Both the position numbers and the translations under genes were made by a program. Positions 59,129 through 64,000 of a DNA stretch of 64,000 nucleotides are shown here, piece after piece (positions within the stretch are counted from its first letter, which is position 1; each line of letters starts with the position of its first letter). The notes beneath the pieces are model-generated. The model was not told where the DNA came from, ran no database searches, and saw nothing but the letters and a program-made list of their open reading frames with translations. The stretch comes from a virus: positions 104,268 through 168,267 of the IMG/VR virus record IMGVR_UViG_3300032046_005540, one strand, 5' to 3'.

Positions 59129-60095
59129 TACTTATTCTTTCTTGTAAAATGTTTTTTACTTCTTTTGCATTATTTAAAATATCATCTTCCCAAAAACGTA
59201 AAAGAATAAATCCTTTATCTTTTGCTAATTGTTCGTTTTTAATATCTCTTTGTTTAGTTTCTTTTTGTATTTTATTTAATTTAATAAACTTTTTAGGGTT
59301 GCTATGCCAATAGTCTCCATCTACTTCTATAAGAATATTGGTGTTTAAAATATGAAAATCATATAAATGATTTCCTAATCTAAATTGGTGGCCAAAAGGA
59401 ATATTAAGAGATGTTAATATTTCTTTCATTTTAAGTTCTGGTTTAGTATCTTTAAAAGGTCCTAAATTAGTTCGAGACAATGCTTTTTCTCTCATTTTCT
59501 GTTTTTCTTCCTCAGAACGTTTTTGTCCTTTCTTTTTTTCGCTTGCTCTTTTTATTCTTTCATCTGTTTCTTTTGTTAGGCCTATACTCCAAGATTTTTG
59601 TCCTAAATGAGAATCATGCATTTTTTGTTTTGTTTTTTCTCCTTTGTGAGAGTCACTATAAGTTCTTAATTTATATCCATTTTTTATAATAATATTTCTA
59701 ATAGTTGCGTGGTTACATTTCCACTTCTCACCTAAAACTGTAATACTGGGGCTTTCTTTTGAAAAATATTCTTTACAAATTTGATGTTCTTCTTCTTTTG
59801 TAAATATGCATCGTTTTCTTTTTATTTCTTCAGGTATTTTACGTCCTTCTAAACTTTTGCTTATTTTTTGCAACCCTTTATTAGTTTCTTTTGTAAACCC
59901 TTTACTCCAAGATTTTTGTCCTATATGAGATTCACTTAAATTTCTTAAAACATAACCGCTTCTTCGAATAACATTTTGAATAGTTGCTCCGTCACAATTA
60001 TATTTTTTAGCTAAAGTAGCAGTACTTGGTTTTCTTTCAGAAAAATAATCACTACAAATTTGTTTTTCTTGTTCTTTTGTAAATAGGTTTTTCAT
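59115..60095 (-). mobile_element. Free-standing homing-endonuclease-like gene (two HTH-like modules, DUF559/Vsr-like domain)
   Basis: ICxxYFS module twice; LTKETDER; IEVDGDYWH; LRFWE. Confidence 0.8.
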
Positions 60096-60118
60096 AATGT
60101 TTAATTACTTCTTAAATA

Positions 60119-60907
60119 TTATTGACTTCCAGCAAATTTGCTACAACCCCTGAGGGCCCGGCTGAGCGATCTAGGAAAACCAACAGTTGAAGAAAATAAT
60201 CCTCGCATTCCTACATGATTAAATGCATACATCTGTTTTACTTTTCTTATTCTTTCTTGATATGCTGAAGCTAAAGATGAATAAATCGATAAATACTTTC
60301 CAGATCTATCTCTGGTAATACTTATTCCATTATCATTATATGCAAAATGTTTTCCAGCTTCTAATATTTCCAAACCAATTAAAGCGTGAATAATTGCTCC
60401 TAATTCAACTTCTCTATAATAAACTGTAGGTAGCGTTTTAAAACTAAACGCTGTTACCAATGGCGGCTCGGCATTAAACCAATCCAACCCATTTTGTAAA
60501 AAGTCCAACATTTCTCTATCACTTAAATATTTATTTCTATATCCTCCAGCATCTAAATGCATATACAATTTAGATCGCATAGCATCTAATAAAGCACCTT
60601 CTACAATAGCTTCTGCTGGATCTTTTAATTTACAAATATTAGGAACATCTTGAGTAGTATATACACCATTAATCCATCCAGACCACCATGCACCATAATA
60701 GCCATAATCCCAACTTGCATCAGGAGTTATTGAATAGTAATATATTCCTGTAGAATCATGAATACCTACTCCTGAAGCTATCTTTAAGGTTCCGTCTTGA
60801 TACATAATCTTTACAGTTACGGAACCGGAAGCATCTATTAAATTAAAATTATTATCTTTAAATTCTGCCCAAAGTCTTTCTGCCTGACCTCTAAATATAA
60901 ATTGCAT
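60119..60907 (-). CDS. Probable head-tail adaptor with an N-terminal Ig-like domain
   Basis: Beta-rich N-terminus (TGIYYY...GYYGAWW); helical C-terminus FNAEPP...YNDNGISITRDRS; first gene of the neck module. Confidence 0.6.
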   Translation of the reverse strand: MQFIFRGQAERLWAEFKDNNFNLIDASGSVTVKIMYQDGTLKIASGVGIHDSTGIYYYSITPDASWDYGYYGAWWSGWINGVYTTQDVPNICKLKDPAEAIVEGALLDAMRSKLYMHLDAGGYRNKYLSDREMLDFLQNGLDWFNAEPPLVTAFSFKTLPTVYYREVELGAIIHALIGLEILEAGKHFAYNDNGISITRDRSGKYLSIYSSLASAYQERIRKVKQMYAFNHVGMRGLFSSTVGFPRSLSRALRGCSKFAGSQ

Positions 60908-60917
60908 GAATTATCCT

Positions 60918-63788
60918 TTAATTTATATTTTGATTTTTCTTACCATCTGTCGAATCAATGTATCCTTCATTTTCTTTTGTTTGTATATAATTTTCATCAC
61001 CTAACGTAGACTGAATATTTCCTTCTTCTTTTCCTGACTGAATAGAACCTTCTTCACCTCTTGTAGATTGAATAAAAGGTTTTTCTCCTTTGCTATCAAT
61101 CTGTCCTTGACCTTTACCTCCTATAAAAGCATTTGAAGTTATAACTTGTTGAATTCTTCCAACAATAATATTTGTATCAGATGTAATTAACTGTTGAAGG
61201 GTTACAAAATAAATATAAGCATCAGAAGTAATTACTTGCTGATTATTTAAAACTTCAATATTAGCATCAGATGTAATTACTTGTTGAAGGGTTGCAAAAT
61301 AAATATAAGCATCTGAAACAATTATCTGTTGATTATTTAAAACTTTAACATTAACATCAGATATAAGTATCTGCTGGATATTTGGAATTACTACATTAGC
61401 ATCAGAAACAATTATTTGCTGATTACTAGGAATTACAACATTGGAATCAGATATAATCTGTTGTTGAACATTATATTTTAAAACATTAGCATCAGATGTA
61501 AGTATCTGTTGTTGTAAAATTATTACATTGGAATCAGATGTAATTGTTTGTTGTTTATTAAGAATTACTACATTAGCATCTGAAGTAATTAATTGTTGTC
61601 CTAGTAATATAATATAAGCATCAGATGTAATTATTTTTTGAGTTGTAGCAAAAATATCAGCATCAGAAGTAAGAGTCTGTTGTTTATTTAAAATTACTAC
61701 ATTAGTATCAGATTCTATCGTTTGCTGAATATTTAAAGTTTTAATATTAGCATCTGAAGTAATTACCTGTTGAATATTTAAAACTTTAATATCAGCATCA
61801 GATACAATAATTTGCTGCCTACTTATAGATACAACATTACTATCAGAAGTAATTAATTGTTGTTGCTGAGGAATTATTACATTAGCATCTGAAATAATTA
61901 TTTGCTGATGCTCTAAAGTTTTAACATTGGCATCTGACTCTATAGTCTGCTGCTTGTTTAAAACTTCAATATTAGCATCAGATATAAGTAGTTGCTGTTT
62001 ATTTACAACTACAACATTAGTATCTGAAATAATTGTTTGTTGATGGCCTAAAGTTTTAACGTTAGAATCAGATTCTATAGTCTGCTGCTTGTTTAAAACT
62101 TCAATATTAGCATCAGATACAATTATCTTTTGTATATTCTGTTTAAAAATATTAGCATCTGATATAATGATTTGTTGATTATCAAGAATTACTACACTAG
62201 CATCAGATTTTATTACCTGCTGTGTGTTCCTTCTTAAAATATCTGCATCAGATGTAATTAATTGACGTACAAACAATTTTGAAATACTTGCATCTGATAT
62301 AATTAACTGCTGTGTGTTCCTTCTTAAAATATCTGCATCAGAAACAATTATTTGTTGTTGGTCTAAAGTCTTAACATTAGCATCAGATAATATAGTCTGC
62401 TGAATGCTTAAAGTCTTAACATTAGCATCAGATACAATTATCTGCTGATTACTAGGAATTAAAACATTAGCATCAGATACAATTATTTGTTGATTATCAG
62501 TTTCAACTACATTAGCATCAGAAGTAATTATCTGTTGTATATTCTGTTTTAAAATATTAGTATCAGATGTAATTGTTTGTTGTTTATTAAGAACTACTAC
62601 ATTAGCATCTGATAATATCGTTTGCTGTTTATTAGAAATTAAAACATTAGTATCTGATAATATAATCTGTTGTGTATTTTCTTTAACTACATTAGCATCT
62701 GATATAATTATCTGTTGAACATTCTCAGTTACTATATTAGTATCTGAATTTAAAGTCTGTTGATTATTTAAAACTTTAATATTAGTATCAGAAACAATTG
62801 TCTGTTGTTTATTTTCAATTATTATATTGCTATCTGAAACAATTATCTGTTGTTTATTCTCAATTAGTACATTACTATCAGATCCAAGTATTTGCTGAAT
62901 GTTTTCCGTTTTAACATTAGCATCTGTTATAAGTATCTGTTGCTTATTTAGAACTACAACATTAGCATCTGAAATAATTATCTGTTGAACATTTAAAACT
63001 TTAACATTAGCATCAGAAACAATTATCTGCTGATTGCTTAAAGTCTTAACATTAGCATCAGAAACAATTATCTGCTGATTATTAGGAATTACAACATTGG
63101 CATCTGAATTAATAATCTGTTGAACATTTTCAGTTACTATATTAGCATTAGAAGTAATTATCTGTTGATTATTTAAAACTTCAATATTAGCATCTGATAA
63201 TATAGTCTGTTGAATGTTTTCAACTTTAATAACAGCGTCTGAATTAATAATCTGCTGAACATTTTCAGTTACTATATTAGTATCTGAAACAATTATCTGC
63301 TGTTTATTTAAAACTTTAATATTAGTATCAGAAGTAATTGTCTGTTGAATGCTTAAAGTCTTAACATTAACATCAGATAATATAGTCTGCTGAATGCTTA
63401 AAGTCTTAACATTAGCATCAGATAATATAGTCTGCTGATTACTAGGAATTAAAACAGTAGCATCAGAAACAATTATCTGCTGATTGCTTAAAGTCTTAAC
63501 ATTAGCATCAGAAACAATTATCTGCTGATTGCTTAAAGTCTTAACATTAGCATCAGATAATATAGTCTGCTGATTACTAGGAATTAAAACATTAGCATCA
63601 GATAATATAGTCTGCTGATTACTAGGAATTAAAACAGTAGCATCAGAAACAATTATTTGTTGTTGGTCTAAAGTCTTAACATTAGCATCAGATCTAATTA
63701 ATTGCTGTTTTGTTTGTATTTCTCCAGTTCCATCCCAGATACGTCCATCATCCCATTTGTTTATGTCCCAAATATAGATATTAGTCAT
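60918..63788 (-). CDS. Large tandem-repeat protein (about 55-60 copies of 15-aa QQxIxSDANVxxxxx), probably virion-associated
   Basis: Repeat visible over about 870 of 956 aa; adjacent to neck genes. Confidence 0.8.
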   Translation of the reverse strand: MTNIYIWDINKWDDGRIWDGTGEIQTKQQLIRSDANVKTLDQQQIIVSDATVLIPSNQQTILSDANVLIPSNQQTILSDANVKTLSNQQIIVSDANVKTLSNQQIIVSDATVLIPSNQQTILSDANVKTLSIQQTILSDVNVKTLSIQQTITSDTNIKVLNKQQIIVSDTNIVTENVQQIINSDAVIKVENIQQTILSDANIEVLNNQQIITSNANIVTENVQQIINSDANVVIPNNQQIIVSDANVKTLSNQQIIVSDANVKVLNVQQIIISDANVVVLNKQQILITDANVKTENIQQILGSDSNVLIENKQQIIVSDSNIIIENKQQTIVSDTNIKVLNNQQTLNSDTNIVTENVQQIIISDANVVKENTQQIILSDTNVLISNKQQTILSDANVVVLNKQQTITSDTNILKQNIQQIITSDANVVETDNQQIIVSDANVLIPSNQQIIVSDANVKTLSIQQTILSDANVKTLDQQQIIVSDADILRRNTQQLIISDASISKLFVRQLITSDADILRRNTQQVIKSDASVVILDNQQIIISDANIFKQNIQKIIVSDANIEVLNKQQTIESDSNVKTLGHQQTIISDTNVVVVNKQQLLISDANIEVLNKQQTIESDANVKTLEHQQIIISDANVIIPQQQQLITSDSNVVSISRQQIIVSDADIKVLNIQQVITSDANIKTLNIQQTIESDTNVVILNKQQTLTSDADIFATTQKIITSDAYIILLGQQLITSDANVVILNKQQTITSDSNVIILQQQILTSDANVLKYNVQQQIISDSNVVIPSNQQIIVSDANVVIPNIQQILISDVNVKVLNNQQIIVSDAYIYFATLQQVITSDANIEVLNNQQVITSDAYIYFVTLQQLITSDTNIIVGRIQQVITSNAFIGGKGQGQIDSKGEKPFIQSTRGEEGSIQSGKEEGNIQSTLGDENYIQTKENEGYIDSTDGKKNQNIN
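61110..63710. repeat. Degenerate 45-nt coding tandem repeat array
   Basis: aacattagcatcaga recurs at about 45-nt period; near-identical units between 63350 and 63690. Confidence 0.85.
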
Positions 63789-63842
63789 AGAATTGACCTT
63801 TTAAATCTATTTGATTAGATTATTTTTTAATTTTTACTCATT

Positions 63843-64000
63843 CTAATCTTTATTCGTTTTCAAAAACAACTTACCATCAGGAAATATTTGCAAAATCCTT
63901 TGAAAGTTTTTACCATTAACTAAAGTTTGCCATCCTAAAAGATACGAATGAATTTTAGGCTCTTCTAATTTTTGAACAGTAAAATTCGTCTGCATTCTTT
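63843..64000 (-). CDS. 3' end of a hypothetical protein (start may lie outside the window)
   Basis: Manual frame ...YLLGWQTLVNGKNFQRILQIFPDGKLFLKTNKD*. Confidence 0.55.
   Translation of the reverse strand, partial: RMQTNFTVQKLEEPKIHSYLLGWQTLVNGKNFQRILQIFPDGKLFLKTNKD

Noticed and set aside
71-59689. All plus-strand ORFs and the short nested minus-strand ORFs in the track (e.g. 41882..42427, 56863..57276, 49052..49330)
   Set aside because: They are antisense or off-frame shadows of longer motif-bearing genes and show no recognisable motifs
53355-60095. Endonuclease genes as group I intron or intein passengers
   Set aside because: Flanking genes look complete, gaps are a few bases or overlaps with no room for intron RNA structure, and no intein termini are evident
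61110-63710. 45-nt periodic repeat as a possible CRISPR array
   Set aside because: It lies within one open 956-codon frame, varies in a codon-wise way, has no unique spacers, and no cas genes are present

Overview
64-kb, very AT-rich, gene-dense segment of a large tailed phage with a contractile tail (myovirus-like). Every convincing gene is on the minus strand. In transcription order (right to left): (1) a 956-aa protein built from about 55-60 copies of a 15-aa QQxIxSDANV repeat; (2) neck, sheath, tube, chaperone, tape-measure and baseplate genes, with free-standing homing-endonuclease-like genes at many gene boundaries; (3) two gp25-like wedge paralogues fused to beta-helix or QQ-repeat extensions, and three paralogous fibre-like genes; (4) a 20-kb glycan cluster of 12 soluble GT-B glycosyltransferases, 6 SAM methyltransferases (one broken by an in-frame TGA), a DegT-family sugar aminotransferase and a MetF-like MTHFR; (5) an Sm/Hfq-like protein, an SF2 helicase, promoter-driven accessory cassettes, an L,D-transpeptidase, a DnaC-like loader, an ArcS-like/RaSEA-like pair and a truncated DnaB-like helicase. 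Best candidate for an undescribed system: phage-encoded virion glycosylation. The glycan cluster directly follows the tail genes, and Ser-Gly-Ser occurs about 33 times (hand count) in ten predicted outward-facing virion proteins but is absent from tube, tape measure, hub and spike, suggesting a sequon. No capsid, terminase, tRNA, rRNA or CRISPR array was seen. All family calls come from motif recognition by eye, not database searches.
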